A DNA stretch of 64,000 bases from a bacterium (GTDB lineage: Bacteria > UBA8248 > JACPRG01 > G963555815). Of the stretch, positions 46,276-58,300 are shown piece after piece. Within the stretch, counting starts at the first letter, position 1. Every line of letters begins with the position of its first letter. The notes under the pieces were generated by a model. That model made no database searches. It saw only the letters and a program-made list of their open reading frames with translations, and was not told the origin of the DNA. The stretch is from contig OZ244653.1 in assembly GCA_965218795.1 (NCBI GenBank), positions 1,408,001 through 1,472,000 on the forward strand. Reading direction: 5' to 3'. Both the position numbers and the translations under genes were made by a program.

Positions 46276-47238
46276 TCAAAGCGGCGGACCCTTCAACCTG
46301 TCTTTCCCGCCCTCGACGGAAGCGTTCGAGGCCCGTAGAATCTTTTCCGCAATCAATTGGATGAACTTCGGGTGATCCCCGACCGTTTCCGCCCGGCGAA
46401 GCTCAACCCCGACCTCCTGTGCAATCTCCACCGCCTCTACGTCAAGGTCAAAGAGGACCTCCATATGGTCGCAGAGAAAGCCGATCGGCACCAGGGCAAT
46501 GTCTTTGACGCCTTGCTCCGCGGCCCCACGAATCACCGCTTCGACATCCGGCTCCAGCCATGGCTCGCTGGGACTGCCGCTTCGACTCTGATAGCCCGTT
46601 GTCCATTCTTTCACCCCGAGCGATTCCGCGACCGCGGCGGAAGACTCCCGGAATTCCTCCGCATAGCGTGAAAGCCTGGCCATTCCGGTAGGAATCGAAT
46701 GGGCTGTAAATACCAACAACGCCTTCTCCCTCCGGGTCGGATCGAGTGTATCCATCACCTCTCGAACCCGGCCGGCGGCGGCTTCGATAAAAAGCGGATC
46801 ATCGTGCCATCCATCAAGATAACTTACCCGAGGAGCGGCCTCTCTCAAGGGCTGGAGGCCCTCCCGGACGGAGGCCTGGTAGGCCCCCCAACTGGCTTTT
46901 GCCCGGTGGGGGGCCATGATCACCCCCAAGACGTTCCGGATGCCCTGTTCGGACATCTCCTGAAGAACGTCGGCAATGAAGGGATGCCAATTTCGCATGC
47001 CGACATATACAGGGACAGAATGTCCTGACTCCTCCAACTTGACCTTCAATGCCTCCGCCTGCCGGACCGTCAGTTCGTTGAAGGGTGAATAACCCCCGCA
47101 GACTTCATAATGATGTTCCACTTCATCGATTCTGCCAGGGGGCACCTTGCGATTCCTGAGAACCGTCTCCAGAAACGGGCGGACCTCCTCGCGTTGGGTC
47201 GGCCCGCCGAACCCTATCAGAAGAATTCCGTCGTACAC
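46276..47238 (-). CDS. hemH: Ferrochelatase
   Basis: FGGP, GMRNWHP, FTAHSIP, YQSRSG...PWLEPD, GFLCDHMEVLFDLD. Confidence 0.94.
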   Translation of the reverse strand: MYDGILLIGFGGPTQREEVRPFLETVLRNRKVPPGRIDEVEHHYEVCGGYSPFNELTVRQAEALKVKLEESGHSVPVYVGMRNWHPFIADVLQEMSEQGIRNVLGVIMAPHRAKASWGAYQASVREGLQPLREAAPRVSYLDGWHDDPLFIEAAAGRVREVMDTLDPTRREKALLVFTAHSIPTGMARLSRYAEEFRESSAAVAESLGVKEWTTGYQSRSGSPSEPWLEPDVEAVIRGAAEQGVKDIALVPIGFLCDHMEVLFDLDVEAVEIAQEVGVELRRAETVGDHPKFIQLIAEKILRASNASVEGGKDRLKGPPL

Positions 47239-47243
47239 GCTCT

Positions 47244-48365
47244 TTATTCCCGGCTGCTCATCTCATGAACCATGTCGATGAGGGCGATGACGTTGTCCAC
47301 CGGGGTGTCCGGCAGAATACCGTGCCCCAGGTTGAAGATGTGTCCTTCCCTGCCGCTGGCCTGCCGGAGGACGCGTCCGGCGCGCTCCCGAATGAGATCG
47401 TGATCGGCCAGAAGGACGACCGGGTCGAGATTTCCCTGCACCGCCACATCTCCGAGCGTTTCCCATGCGGCGTCCAGCTCCGTCCGAAAATCAACGCCGA
47501 TGACGTCTCCGCCCGCCTCTTTCATTTGGTCCAGGAACATTCCGGTGCCCGTTCCAAAATGGATGACCGGCGCGCCCGGCGTCAATCCGCGAATCAGGTC
47601 CCGGGAGTGAGGCATGACGTACTCGGCGTAATCCGAAGGAGACAGGCACCCCACCCAGCTATCGAAAATCTGAACCGCCTGGGCGCCGGCGGAAATTTGC
47701 CCGTTCAGGTAATCGACCAATCCGCGGACAAGTTTGTCCATGAGGACGCGCCATGCGCCGGGGTCTCGATACATCAATCCCTTCGTGCGCGCATAATTTT
47801 TGGACCCGCTTCCCTCGACGGCATAGGAGGCCAGGGTGAACGGCGCCCCCGCAAACCCGATGAGCGGTACATTCGGGGGCAACTCTGTCCGGCATCGGCG
47901 AACAGCTTCGAAGACAAAGGAGAGCGATTCTCCGGGATTGATCTCAGTCAGGCGGTCCACGTCGGCGGCTTCCCGGACCGGGTTCCGAATCACCGGCCCG
48001 TCTCCCTTCGTGTATTCCAACTGAAGGCCCATAGGTTCCAGAATCGGAAGCAGATCGGAGAACAGGATTGCCGCATCAGCCCCTATCTTCACAGCCGCGT
48101 GGACGGTGACTTCCGATGCCAGCTCGGGGTTCTTGCACAGGTCCAGAAAGGATGTCTTGTCGCGGATCTCCCGGTATTTCTTCATGTACCGGCCGGCCTG
48201 GCGCATGAGCCAGACGGGCGTATAGGGGGTTTTCTCCCGCCGGCAGGCCTTGAGAAAGGGCGAATCATTCAATTCGGGCGCAAGGTGCAAGGGCTCCGAA
48301 CTCAATGCGGACCTCAGACCGATGGAGTTCTCGGAAATGACAGGGTTTTTATCCGGAACAGACAT
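47244..48365 (-). CDS. hemE: Uroporphyrinogen decarboxylase
   Basis: [39 protein letters not shown]. Confidence 0.96.
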   Translation of the reverse strand: MSVPDKNPVISENSIGLRSALSSEPLHLAPELNDSPFLKACRREKTPYTPVWLMRQAGRYMKKYREIRDKTSFLDLCKNPELASEVTVHAAVKIGADAAILFSDLLPILEPMGLQLEYTKGDGPVIRNPVREAADVDRLTEINPGESLSFVFEAVRRCRTELPPNVPLIGFAGAPFTLASYAVEGSGSKNYARTKGLMYRDPGAWRVLMDKLVRGLVDYLNGQISAGAQAVQIFDSWVGCLSPSDYAEYVMPHSRDLIRGLTPGAPVIHFGTGTGMFLDQMKEAGGDVIGVDFRTELDAAWETLGDVAVQGNLDPVVLLADHDLIRERAGRVLRQASGREGHIFNLGHGILPDTPVDNVIALIDMVHEMSSRE

Positions 48366-48581
48366 TGCCCGGCGTGACTCCCCATCACCGTAACATGATT
48401 GTGCGAAGACGCGGGCGTCCCAACCCTCCACAACCCCGGCGCGCCGGACGCGCCAACACAGAGCAAGCGGTCGGACTTCACCCATTCGAGCGAAAAATCA
48501 TTCGACCCGAAGAAGTGTCTCTTCCCGAGTCAACGATATAAATAGTGATTTTGCATCAGGTTGCCACCTGGAGATTCGAGG

Positions 48582-50693
48582 ATGCGAGCCTGGCCTGGAA
48601 GGCCCAATCCACTGGGCGCCACATGGGACGGCGTAGGCGTCAACTTCGCGATCTTCTCGAAGAACGGCGAAGGGGTGGAACTGTGCCTGTTCGACGGGGA
48701 ATCCGGCGAGGAAACCGATCGCATCGAAATTTCCGAGCGGGATCAGGACATCTGGCACGCCTATTTGCCGGACGTCCGGTCCGGTCGGCTTTACGGTTAC
48801 CGGGTCCACGGTCCGTTCTCTCCGGACCGGGGTCACCGCTTCAACCCGGCCAAGCTCCTGTTGGATCCCTACGCAAAGGCCCTGGCCGGACCCATACAAT
48901 GGAATGATATCCTCTGCGGGCATACCCCCGGAGGACCGGACGCCGACCTCGTCCCCGACCCTCGGGACAGCGCCGCCCATTTGCCCAAGTGCGTGGTGAT
49001 CGATTCGACCTTCGAATGGGGGGACGACCGGCCGCCGAGAATTCCCTGGGGCCAAACCGTGATCTACGAGTGCCACGTCAGGGGTCTCACTGTCCGGCAT
49101 CCGGGGGTTCCGCGCGAAACCCGGGGGACATTCCTCGGTCTGGCTTCAGAACCTGTCATTGACCATCTTCTTTCGCTGGGCGTGACGGCGGTCGAGCTCC
49201 TGCCCGTCCATCAGCACACCATCAATCAAGCCCTGGCTGAACGAGGCCTGACGAATTACTGGGGGTACAGCACGATCGGGTTCTTCGCGCCGGACATCCG
49301 CTTCGCGACCGGAGGGCCGGGCAGGCAGACGACCGAGTTCAAATCCCTGGTCAAATCCCTTCATCAGGCGGGCCTGGAGGTTATCCTCGACGTGGTCTAC
49401 AACCACACGGGGGAGGAAGGACACCTCGGGCCGACCTTGAGCTTTCGAGGGATTGACAACGCCGCCTACTACCGTCTGCATCCCGATAACCCCCGCTTCC
49501 ATGAAGACTTCACAGGCTGCGGGAACAGCCTGAACACCATGGAGCCCCGGACGATGCAGCTCGTGATGGACAGTCTCCGTTACTGGGTGCAGGAGATGCA
49601 TGTCGACGGATTCCGGTTCGATCTGGCCCCCGCCCTGGCCCGCGGCCGGGACGGCTACGATACCGCCTCTCATTTTTTCTCGATCATCCGCCAGGACCCG
49701 ATCCTTTCCCAGATCAAGCTCATTGCCGAACCGTGGGACCTCGGCCGGGGAGGCTATCAGGCCGGCAATTTTCCAAGCGAATGGAGCGAATGGAACGGGA
49801 AGTACCGCGACACCATCCGGCGGTTTTGGCGAGGGGATGAGGGGCAACTGCCGGACCTGGCCTACCGTCTTTCAGGGAGCAGCGATCTCTACGCCCCGGA
49901 CGACCGGCGGCCCCACGCCTCCGTCAACTTCGTCACTTGCCATGACGGATTTTCGCTGTCCGACCTGGTCAGCTACGAACGGAAGCACAACGAAGCCAAC
50001 GGGGAGGAAAATCGCGACGGGACGGATAACAACTTGAGCCGAAACTGGGGAGCGGAAGGTCCGACCGAATCCATTTCGATCATCGAGACCCGGGCCCGGA
50101 TGATGAGAAACTTCTTTGGAATTCTTGCGTTTTCGCAAGGTGTCCCGATGTTCTCTCATGGGGATGAATTCGCCCGGAGTCAATGCGGCAACAACAACTC
50201 GTACTGCCAGGATAACGATTTATCCTGGGTCAACTGGAAGCTGGACCCGCCCCAAAGAGAACTGGCTGAATTTGTGGGAAAGGTTCTCGAAATACGAAGG
50301 CAAAACCCCATTTTCAGACGTCGGAGCCACTTTCGCGGCGAGTTCTTCAATGGCGGCGGGGTGAAGGATGTCACCTGGGTTCGGCCAGACGGACGTGAAA
50401 TGACCGATTCGGATTGGCGAAATCCCCACATTCGGGTCTTGGGCATGCTCATCCACGGCGGCGCGGCGGACGAAACCGACACGCGCGGCCGGACCCTCAC
50501 GGGTGATACGCTGCTGCTCTTGTTGAACGGAGGGGACCGCTCCAGGCATTTCACGCTGCCGCTTCTTCCCGATCCCGGAATCTGGAGCGAGGAGGTCAAT
50601 ACGGTCCGGGCGGGCCGAAGGGCCTTGAAGGGGAAACGGATCATTCTGCGGGCCCACTCCCTCATCCTGCTCAAATACGGCGGTGCGGCATGA
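48582..50693 (+). CDS. glgX: Glycogen debranching enzyme
   Basis: PLGATWDG, NYWGY, DVVYNH, DGFRFDLA, IAEPWD, HDGF. Confidence 0.96.
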   Translation: MRAWPGRPNPLGATWDGVGVNFAIFSKNGEGVELCLFDGESGEETDRIEISERDQDIWHAYLPDVRSGRLYGYRVHGPFSPDRGHRFNPAKLLLDPYAKALAGPIQWNDILCGHTPGGPDADLVPDPRDSAAHLPKCVVIDSTFEWGDDRPPRIPWGQTVIYECHVRGLTVRHPGVPRETRGTFLGLASEPVIDHLLSLGVTAVELLPVHQHTINQALAERGLTNYWGYSTIGFFAPDIRFATGGPGRQTTEFKSLVKSLHQAGLEVILDVVYNHTGEEGHLGPTLSFRGIDNAAYYRLHPDNPRFHEDFTGCGNSLNTMEPRTMQLVMDSLRYWVQEMHVDGFRFDLAPALARGRDGYDTASHFFSIIRQDPILSQIKLIAEPWDLGRGGYQAGNFPSEWSEWNGKYRDTIRRFWRGDEGQLPDLAYRLSGSSDLYAPDDRRPHASVNFVTCHDGFSLSDLVSYERKHNEANGEENRDGTDNNLSRNWGAEGPTESISIIETRARMMRNFFGILAFSQGVPMFSHGDEFARSQCGNNNSYCQDNDLSWVNWKLDPPQRELAEFVGKVLEIRRQNPIFRRRSHFRGEFFNGGGVKDVTWVRPDGREMTDSDWRNPHIRVLGMLIHGGAADETDTRGRTLTGDTLLLLLNGGDRSRHFTLPLLPDPGIWSEEVNTVRAGRRALKGKRIILRAHSLILLKYGGAA

Positions 50694-52930
50694 TTCCCGC
50701 CCCGGACCCCCGGGGAGAGGCTTCGCCCTCTTGCCCTTTGCCCTCAGTCGCCCCGGTGGAACAGGCGCGTTTCATCAACGGGGACCACTCCGATCCTCAC
50801 GGCATTCTGGGCGCTCATCCCGCGGAAATGGGCGGATGCTCCGGCGCGGTCATCCGGGTCTTTCATCCGCAGGCGGACGCCGTGGAAGGCCTGCCCCTGG
50901 GCGGGGGGCGAATTCGGCTTCATCGTATCGGGGAAGACGGACTCTTCGAAGGCTTTGCGCCGGACCTGAGCCCTCCCTTCGACTACCGGCTTCGCTTCCG
51001 ACTGCCGGGTGGAGAGGTCTGGGAGCAGGATGATCCATACCGGTTCCCCCCCAGCACCGGAGAGCTCGACCTCCATCTGTTCACCGAGGGGAAACACAAA
51101 CGGTTATGGGATCATATGGGGGCCCATCCCCGAGCCATCGGCGGTGTGGCAGGGGTCGCCTTCGCCGTCTGGGCGCCGAACGCCCGGCGGGTCAGTGTGG
51201 TAGGCGACTTTTGCCAATGGGACGGGCGCCGCCTCCCCATGCGATCGATAGGGGGCATGGGCGTATTCGAGCTTTTTGTGCCGGATCTTTCGCCTGGCGG
51301 ATTCTATAAGTACGAAATCAAATCCCGGGACGGCAAGATTCGACTTAAAACGGACCCATTCGCATTTTTCATGGAGAGAGCGCCCGGAACGGCATCCGTC
51401 GTATTCGAATCCGATTACGAATGGGGCGATGGGCAGTGGGTCTCAAACCGGCGGACGATCAATTGGGCGAAGGAGCCGCTGGCGATCTACGAAGCCCACC
51501 TGGAATCCTGGGACCGTGTCGCGGAGGAAGGCCGCCGACTCCTCAACTACCGGGAAATGGCGGCGCGAATCGTCTCTCATGTCAAACGCCTGGGGTTTAC
51601 CCACATCGAGCTGCTTCCGATTGCCGCCCATCCCTTCTCGGGCTCCTGGGGTTATCAGGTCACCGGCTATTATGCGCCGACGGCGCGACATGGGACGCCC
51701 GACGATTTTCGATTTTTTGTGGACCATTGCCACCAGAACGGAATCGGCGTGATCCTCGATTGGGTTCCGGCCCACTTCCCCAAAGACGACTTTGCGCTGG
51801 CAAGGTTCGACGGAACGGCCTTGTACGAGCACGAGGATCCCCTCCTGGGGCAACATCCCGATTGGGGGACGTACATCTTCAATTACGGCCGGAATGAGGT
51901 CCGGAACTTCCTCATCGCGAACGCGCTGTACTGGCTGGATGAATTCCACGTGGACGGTCTTCGGGTGGATGCCGTGACCTCGATGCTCTACCTCGATTAC
52001 AGCCGGAAAGAGGGCGAGTGGCGCCCGAACCGGTTCGGAGGGCGAGAGAACCTGGAAGCCGTGGATTTCCTGAAGGAGCTGAATGAGACCATAGGCGCCG
52101 TGTATCCGGGATGTATTTCCATCGCCGAGGAATCGACCGCCTGGCCCGGCGTGACCCGGCCCGTCGGGGAGGGAGGGCTCGGATTCACGTTCAAGTGGAA
52201 CCTGGGCTGGATGCACGATACGCTCCACTATTTCTCCAAGGATCCGGTCCACCGGCGCTACCACCATGACCGGATCACATTTGCCATGCTGTACGAATAC
52301 GGCGAGCGTTTCGTCATGCCCCTTTCCCACGACGAAGTCGTCCACGGGAAAGGATCGCTTCTGGAGAAGATGCCGGGCGATTCCTGGCAACGGTTCGCCA
52401 ATCTCAGGCTGCTCCTGACGTACCAGTACACTCGCCCGGGCAAGAGCCTTCTTTTCATGGGAACGGAGCTGGCGCCGGAGGAAGAATGGAACCATGACGC
52501 CGGTCTGGATTGGGGCTTGCTGAAAGATCCGTCAAGGGCGGCCTTTTCCCGTTTTATCGAGGTTCTCGGCCGGACCTACAGGGAGCTCCCCGCATTCTGG
52601 ATGCTGGACCATGTTCCGGAAGGTTTTCAGTGGATCGACTGCCAGGACCGTGAAAACTCGGTCTTCTCTTACATCCGGCGCGCCGAAGGCGAGACCCTGC
52701 TCGTTGTCCTCAATTTGACACCGGCGCCGCGCGACGCTTACCGCATCGGCGCCCCCCTTCCCGGGCGGTACGTCCAGCTGCTATCGACGGACGACCCGGC
52801 CTTTGGCGGAAGCGGGTATGAAACCCGCCCCGATGTGGGTACCGATCCTCAGGGCTGGCACGGATTTCCGCAATCGCTGGAATTGACTCTCCCGCCCCTC
52901 AGCGGTCTTATCCTTTCCCGCGCGCCCTGA
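50690..52930 (+). CDS. glgB: 1,4-alpha-glucan branching enzyme
   Basis: FAVWAPNA, SWGYQ, DWVPAHF, DGLRVDAV, AEEST, SHDEVVHGK. Confidence 0.96.
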   Translation: MIPAPDPRGEASPSCPLPSVAPVEQARFINGDHSDPHGILGAHPAEMGGCSGAVIRVFHPQADAVEGLPLGGGRIRLHRIGEDGLFEGFAPDLSPPFDYRLRFRLPGGEVWEQDDPYRFPPSTGELDLHLFTEGKHKRLWDHMGAHPRAIGGVAGVAFAVWAPNARRVSVVGDFCQWDGRRLPMRSIGGMGVFELFVPDLSPGGFYKYEIKSRDGKIRLKTDPFAFFMERAPGTASVVFESDYEWGDGQWVSNRRTINWAKEPLAIYEAHLESWDRVAEEGRRLLNYREMAARIVSHVKRLGFTHIELLPIAAHPFSGSWGYQVTGYYAPTARHGTPDDFRFFVDHCHQNGIGVILDWVPAHFPKDDFALARFDGTALYEHEDPLLGQHPDWGTYIFNYGRNEVRNFLIANALYWLDEFHVDGLRVDAVTSMLYLDYSRKEGEWRPNRFGGRENLEAVDFLKELNETIGAVYPGCISIAEESTAWPGVTRPVGEGGLGFTFKWNLGWMHDTLHYFSKDPVHRRYHHDRITFAMLYEYGERFVMPLSHDEVVHGKGSLLEKMPGDSWQRFANLRLLLTYQYTRPGKSLLFMGTELAPEEEWNHDAGLDWGLLKDPSRAAFSRFIEVLGRTYRELPAFWMLDHVPEGFQWIDCQDRENSVFSYIRRAEGETLLVVLNLTPAPRDAYRIGAPLPGRYVQLLSTDDPAFGGSGYETRPDVGTDPQGWHGFPQSLELTLPPLSGLILSRAP

Positions 52931-52931
52931 A

Positions 52932-55115
52932 GTGAGATCTGCACGCACAAACCTCGGAAGGCTCTCCCGACGCCTTGGAATCGTTGACGAATTCACGGAC
53001 ATCCTCGAGCGGCGGCGCCGCAAAACGTCCGATGAGACCCGGGTCGCCCTGTTGGCGGCAATGGGCTTCGACGGAACCAGCGAAAGAAAGGCGGCGGAGG
53101 CGCTCGCCGGACTGGAGCGGGAAGAGCGAACCCGAATCCTTCCGCCCGTTCTGGTTGCAAGACAAGGAGGCCGGGCGGCGGAACAAGCCGTTCTGAGGCT
53201 CCCGGACGAGTTTTCCGGCGCCTGCGGATGGCGTCTGGATCTCCGGAAAGAGGATGGAGAGACCTCCCGTCGGACGGGACGGATATCCAGGAGAGGCTCC
53301 TCCCGGACGGTATCCATTCCCCTCCCCCGCCGGTTAACGCCGGGATACCACTCCCTGCGCGTCGAAGTCTCCACCCCGGGACGCGGCGGCCAAAGCGCTG
53401 AGCAGACGCTGATCGTGACTCCGGGAAAATGCTTCACGCTTGAAGAGGCAACGAGAGGAAAGCGCGGGTTTGGGATCTGGGCGAACCTTTATTCGGTCCG
53501 GAGCCGGCGGGATTGGGGCGCGGGCGACCTGACCGACCTCGGCGCGTTGTGCAGGGAAGCGGCCCGGAACGGCGCCTGGTTCGTCGGCTTCAACCCGCTG
53601 CACGCCACCCGAAACCAGGGTCGCGACATCAGCCCCTACAGCCCGGTCAGCCGGATTTACCGGAATCCGTTGTACCTGGACCCGGAGACCATCCCCGAAT
53701 GGTCAGAAAGCGCCGAGGCCCGGCGGTTGTACTCGAGCCCGGGTTTCAATGGAAGGCTCGATACACTGCGCAGTCAAAAAGGCGTCGCGTATCAGCGCGT
53801 CATGGAATTGAAACTTCGAGTCCTGGAGGCGCTTTTCAGAACCTTCGAAAAGCGGCGCGGCGATGAGAGATCGCGAAGAGGAAAGCGATTCATGAGGTAT
53901 CTGGCGGCCGAGGGACGGAACCTGATCGACTTCGCGACCTTCTGCTCGATGGAAGAAACCTTACGCCGAAAGGGCTTTACCGCCGATTGGCGGGCTTGGC
54001 CTCCACAGTACCGTGACCCGCTGTCCCCCGAAGTTCGCCGGTTTCGTGAACGGCATGAACGCCGGATCCGGTTCTTTTGCTATTTACAGTTCGAGATGGA
54101 TCGACAACTGGAGCAGGTGAAGGAAAAGGCGCGCAAGGCAGGTCTGACGATCGGTCTCTTCCAGGATCTCGCGCTCGGCGTTTCCCCGAGTGGGAGCGAC
54201 GCCTGGTCCCGGCCTCGCCTTTTCGCCGGCGCCGCAAGGCTCGGCGCGCCTCCGGACAGTTATTCGAGGGCCGGCCAAAACTGGGACTTGCCGCCCGTCG
54301 ACCCCCGCCGCCTGAGGACGTGCAGGTACGGATACTGGAGGGACGTTCTGCGTTCAACGTTCGACCGCTCGGGAGCGGTTCGAATCGATCACATTATCGG
54401 GCTTCGTCACCAGTACTGGATCCCCGAGGGGCGTTCCCCGGTTGACGGAGCCTACGTGCGCCAGCCCGCAGACGATCTGCTGGGCATATTGGCCCTGGAG
54501 AGCCGTCGGCAAAAGGCGATCGTCATCGGGGAGGACCTGGGAACCGTTCCCCGGGGCCTCCAGTCCCTGCTGGCGCGATGGGGGATCATCTCGTCCCGTC
54601 TCCTTTATTTCGAACGGTCCCGCCGCGGCACGGTCAAACCGGCCGCCGGAATCACAAACCGGGCGCTCCTTTGCGTCCATAACCATGACTTGCCGCCGCT
54701 GGCCGGCTATTGGAGCGGAGCGGACCTCCGCCTTCGCGGAAAGTGCGGGCAATTTGAAACGGATGAGGCGCGGAGCGAAGCAGGAATCGACCGCCTGAAA
54801 TGGAAAAAAGCCCTTCTCAGGAGGCTTCGGGCCGAGGGGCTCTGGAGCGATGGATTGGATCCAAACAGTTCCGAGGACGTTTTAGCGGCGGTCCACAGCT
54901 TTCTTTGCAAGACCCGGGCGCCCATCATCGGGATTTCGCTCGATGATCTGGCCCGGGAGTCGTCGCCCGTCAACCTTCCGGGCGTTCCGCCGGAGCGGTA
55001 CGGAAACTGGTCCCGCAAAATGAGCCGACGCCTGACCGAGATCCTCCGGGACCCGTTCACGCGCAAGACATTCCGCGGCCTCCGCGAAAACCTTCAATCG
55101 GGGCAGCGGAAATGA
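52932..55115 (+). CDS. malQ: 4-alpha-glucanotransferase
   Basis: SPYSP.SR, DLALG, GAPPD, GQNW, RIDH, IGEDLG, HD, NLPG. Confidence 0.93.
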   Translation: MRSARTNLGRLSRRLGIVDEFTDILERRRRKTSDETRVALLAAMGFDGTSERKAAEALAGLEREERTRILPPVLVARQGGRAAEQAVLRLPDEFSGACGWRLDLRKEDGETSRRTGRISRRGSSRTVSIPLPRRLTPGYHSLRVEVSTPGRGGQSAEQTLIVTPGKCFTLEEATRGKRGFGIWANLYSVRSRRDWGAGDLTDLGALCREAARNGAWFVGFNPLHATRNQGRDISPYSPVSRIYRNPLYLDPETIPEWSESAEARRLYSSPGFNGRLDTLRSQKGVAYQRVMELKLRVLEALFRTFEKRRGDERSRRGKRFMRYLAAEGRNLIDFATFCSMEETLRRKGFTADWRAWPPQYRDPLSPEVRRFRERHERRIRFFCYLQFEMDRQLEQVKEKARKAGLTIGLFQDLALGVSPSGSDAWSRPRLFAGAARLGAPPDSYSRAGQNWDLPPVDPRRLRTCRYGYWRDVLRSTFDRSGAVRIDHIIGLRHQYWIPEGRSPVDGAYVRQPADDLLGILALESRRQKAIVIGEDLGTVPRGLQSLLARWGIISSRLLYFERSRRGTVKPAAGITNRALLCVHNHDLPPLAGYWSGADLRLRGKCGQFETDEARSEAGIDRLKWKKALLRRLRAEGLWSDGLDPNSSEDVLAAVHSFLCKTRAPIIGISLDDLARESSPVNLPGVPPERYGNWSRKMSRRLTEILRDPFTRKTFRGLRENLQSGQRK

Positions 55116-55360
55116 CTCCCCCCGGGCGCGCGGGTTTTCTCAAATGATCGACGCCCACGGGAAACGAAATACCGATGATTCGGAAACGGCGCATGGCCCC
55201 GGTCCCGGCTTTCCCGCGCCTCACGGCCGGACCCGCAAGTCACGTCCAAACCGGGATGGCGCAGGTTGCACTGGGCGGGATTCCGACCAGGGTCGGTACC
55301 GACCTGAAAGGCTCGAACGGCAGATGGGGGTTCCGGTTCAACGGGGCGCGCCCAGAGTCC

Positions 55361-58300
55361 CTACAAGCGCAACCGCCAGCCCAGCAGCGCGCCTTGCTCG
55401 GGAGGACCGGTCTCGCTTTCGCGGCGCTCGACCTCCAGGCACAGAGAGATCCCCGGGCCGATCGCCAGACGACTGCCCAGGCGCCAGCTTCGCGAGTCCC
55501 CGTCGGTCAGCGTCAGACCGACATAGGGCGTGACCAGACCATGCCCGCCGAGCGCGCCGAGACCATAGCCGATCTCCGCGTCCAGACGCGCCGCCCGTCC
55601 ACAACCGGTCCACCCCCCTCGACGCTTGACCGTATGAGGGCGCCAGCTGGATCGACAGACCGCGCCCCGCCGCGCCCGGACTCAGACGCAGCGCCCCGCC
55701 CACGCCCCAATCATCGTAGCCGCGCTCTCGGTGCGTCAGCAAAACGCGGCCGCTTCCCTCCACCGTCAGCCCCAGCGACGGATCGGAGAAGCGCAGGCGA
55801 CCGCCCGTCTCCATGCCGGCGCCCGTCTCGGCGTCGCCGGCGTCATGGCGCACCCCCAGTTCCAACGTGGGCGTCAGCCGCGCCCCCGAGGCCAGCGCGT
55901 GATCGTAGGAGCCCTCCAGGGCCAGACGCAGGCGCTGGGCGTTTACGTCCACCGCCGTCAGACCCGGCACGCCCGCCGACTCGATCCACATGGCGAAGGC
56001 GTCCGCCTTGGCGGCCAACGCGGCCTTGCCCAGCGACATCAACTCCTGGCGACCGCCCAGCGCGGCCATCCGCATCTTGATGTCCGTCTCGACCCGCCCG
56101 GCCTTGTCCTCCAGCTCCATGTCGCCCCACCCGAAGCCCGCGATGGCCCAGACGGTCAGCCCCTCCCGCGACGACAGGCGCGCATAGGGATGCACGCTCG
56201 TCAGCGTCGCGGTCGCCTCGCCCGCGCCGTTGGCGAGACCCCGGAAGCCCCCCTCGCCCTCGTTGCGGGACACCGCGAGACCCGTCAGCAAATGCTCCCA
56301 GGCGTAGTCGATGCCGATATGGCCCGAGAGCACGTCGCCGTCCAGAGAGAGATCGCCCTCCCGACCCTTGAAGCCGGCGATGCCGGCCCGGCCCCACACG
56401 CTCCAACCGCCGGAACCGTCGGCCAGGGCAAGCTCGATAGAGCTCCTCGCCAGGACCTCCCGCTCCGACGGCCCGTCCGACGGCCCGTCCGACGGCTCGC
56501 GCGACAGTGTGGGTTCCAGGGAAACCAGAGCTCCGATCCCCTCCCGCTCCGACGGCCCGCGCGACTCCGCCGCCCGCCCGGCCGCGCGCGGCCCGAATGA
56601 CGGCGCCAAAGGGATCGGCCGATCGGCGATCGTGATCCGGGTCGCGGCCGGCGATGGCGAGGCGTCGAAGCGCTCGCCGATCAGGTTCAGCGCGTTGTTC
56701 GCCGCCGTCCGCCCGAAACGCACCAGCCAGTGCTCCGCCACCCGGTGGCGCGCGGCGCCCTCCCTGTCCGTGACCCGGACCGTCACCGCGGCGGCGGATA
56801 CGCCGTCATAGCCGCCGCCGCTCGCTTCGTGGTCGATGACGACCGCCTCCCCGGTTATGTCGTCGTCCTCGACGCCGTGAACGGTGACCGTCTCCGACGT
56901 GTTCCAGTCGTCCGGAGTAAAGGTCAGGACCGCCGGCGACACCGATACCGCGCCGGGATCCCTGCTCGTCAGCCGGACCGTGACCTCGCCCGCGGGCATG
57001 AGCTCCAGCTTCATCGTGTAGGTCTTGCTGTCGCCCTCCCTCATCTTCAGCGTGCTCGGGACCAATATGGCCCAATTGACAACGACCATCCGAAAGTCCT
57101 GCCGGGCGCATGCGCCGCGGGGGTCGCACGCCTCCAGCCTGCCGGTCGTCTCGCCCGTCGAAAACCCGGTCATCGTCAACGGAGGGCTCGAGGTCTCGGC
57201 GGTGGCGATGGTGGGGTCGCTCACGTCCACCACGACGTAGGTCAGCGGGTCGCCGTCCGGGTCGTAGAAGTAGGGCGTGGAGTCGATCGTACGGGACGTG
57301 TCCACCAGCAGCACTGCGGCAGGATATCGCCCACCGCCACAGGCGGCCTGTTGGCTCTGGCTTTGGAGCGGCCCCTGCCCCGTTCTTCGCCCGGACCTGC
57401 ACCTCGTAGGCGGTGTCGGTCTCCAGGCCGCTTATCGTGGTCGTGGTCGTCGTGCCGGTGAAGGGGTGCGGCGTCCACACGGTAGAACCCTGCTTCCGAT
57501 ACTGCACGTCGTAGTCGGTGATGGGCGACCCGGTGTTGACCGGCGGTCTCCACCGCACCCCCACGCTCGTCAAGGACGCCCCCGTCACCGACGGAGCGGC
57601 AGGCCTGCCGGGCACAACGCGTCGTTGTCCGTTATGGTCACCTCCGCGGTAGCACGGCCCACCAAGACCTGGCGGGACGTCGAGCCAGAGACCAAGGGCG
57701 CGCCCAGGGTTATCTGGAAGCTCTCCAGGTTCTCGTGATCTTGGTCGTCCAGGATGTTTATCTCGATGGTCGCCTCCGTCTGTCCGGGCGCGAAGGTGAC
57801 TGTGCCGGAGCTGGGTGAGTATTCGTGCCCCGACGCTCCGCCGCCCGAGTCGTCACCGGTGGTCCACGGCACATTGACCGTACCGTTCACGGACAAGGTG
57901 AGCCTGACCGGCAACTGCACGCTGGAACCCTCTGTCACCGAACCTTCCGGATCGTAGATGGAGACGAAGACCGGATCATCGTCGACGATCGTCCCGGTCC
58001 CGGCGACGATCCTGAACGCGCCTCCGGGTCTAAACTGTCCGTCAAAGTAACTCCAGGGCGCCACACCGGGCGAGACGCTGAGCCCCACCGTGAAGGTCTC
58101 ATCCGCTTCCGCGACCGCGTCCTGCGTGGTGGGCACCGTGAAGGTCTTGACCTCCCCGACCTTGCCTTCGAAGATGAGGGAGGCCGTGTTCGCGGTGTAG
58201 TCGGCGGCCGACAAGCCGGAGAAGGTCGGCGTCGCCGTGAACGTCAACATCCCGCCCTCGTCCACGCGCGCGTCCGAAACCGTTATGGTCGCCTGGTCGT

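Noticed and set aside
48551-48566. Sigma54 promoter for hemE (TGGCAACCTGATGC)
   Set aside because: GG-to-GC spacing is 9 nt, not the required 10
55144-55340. Remnant outer-membrane barrel C-terminus on the + strand (…RWGFRF)
   Set aside because: Only a few suggestive residues and no coherent ORF
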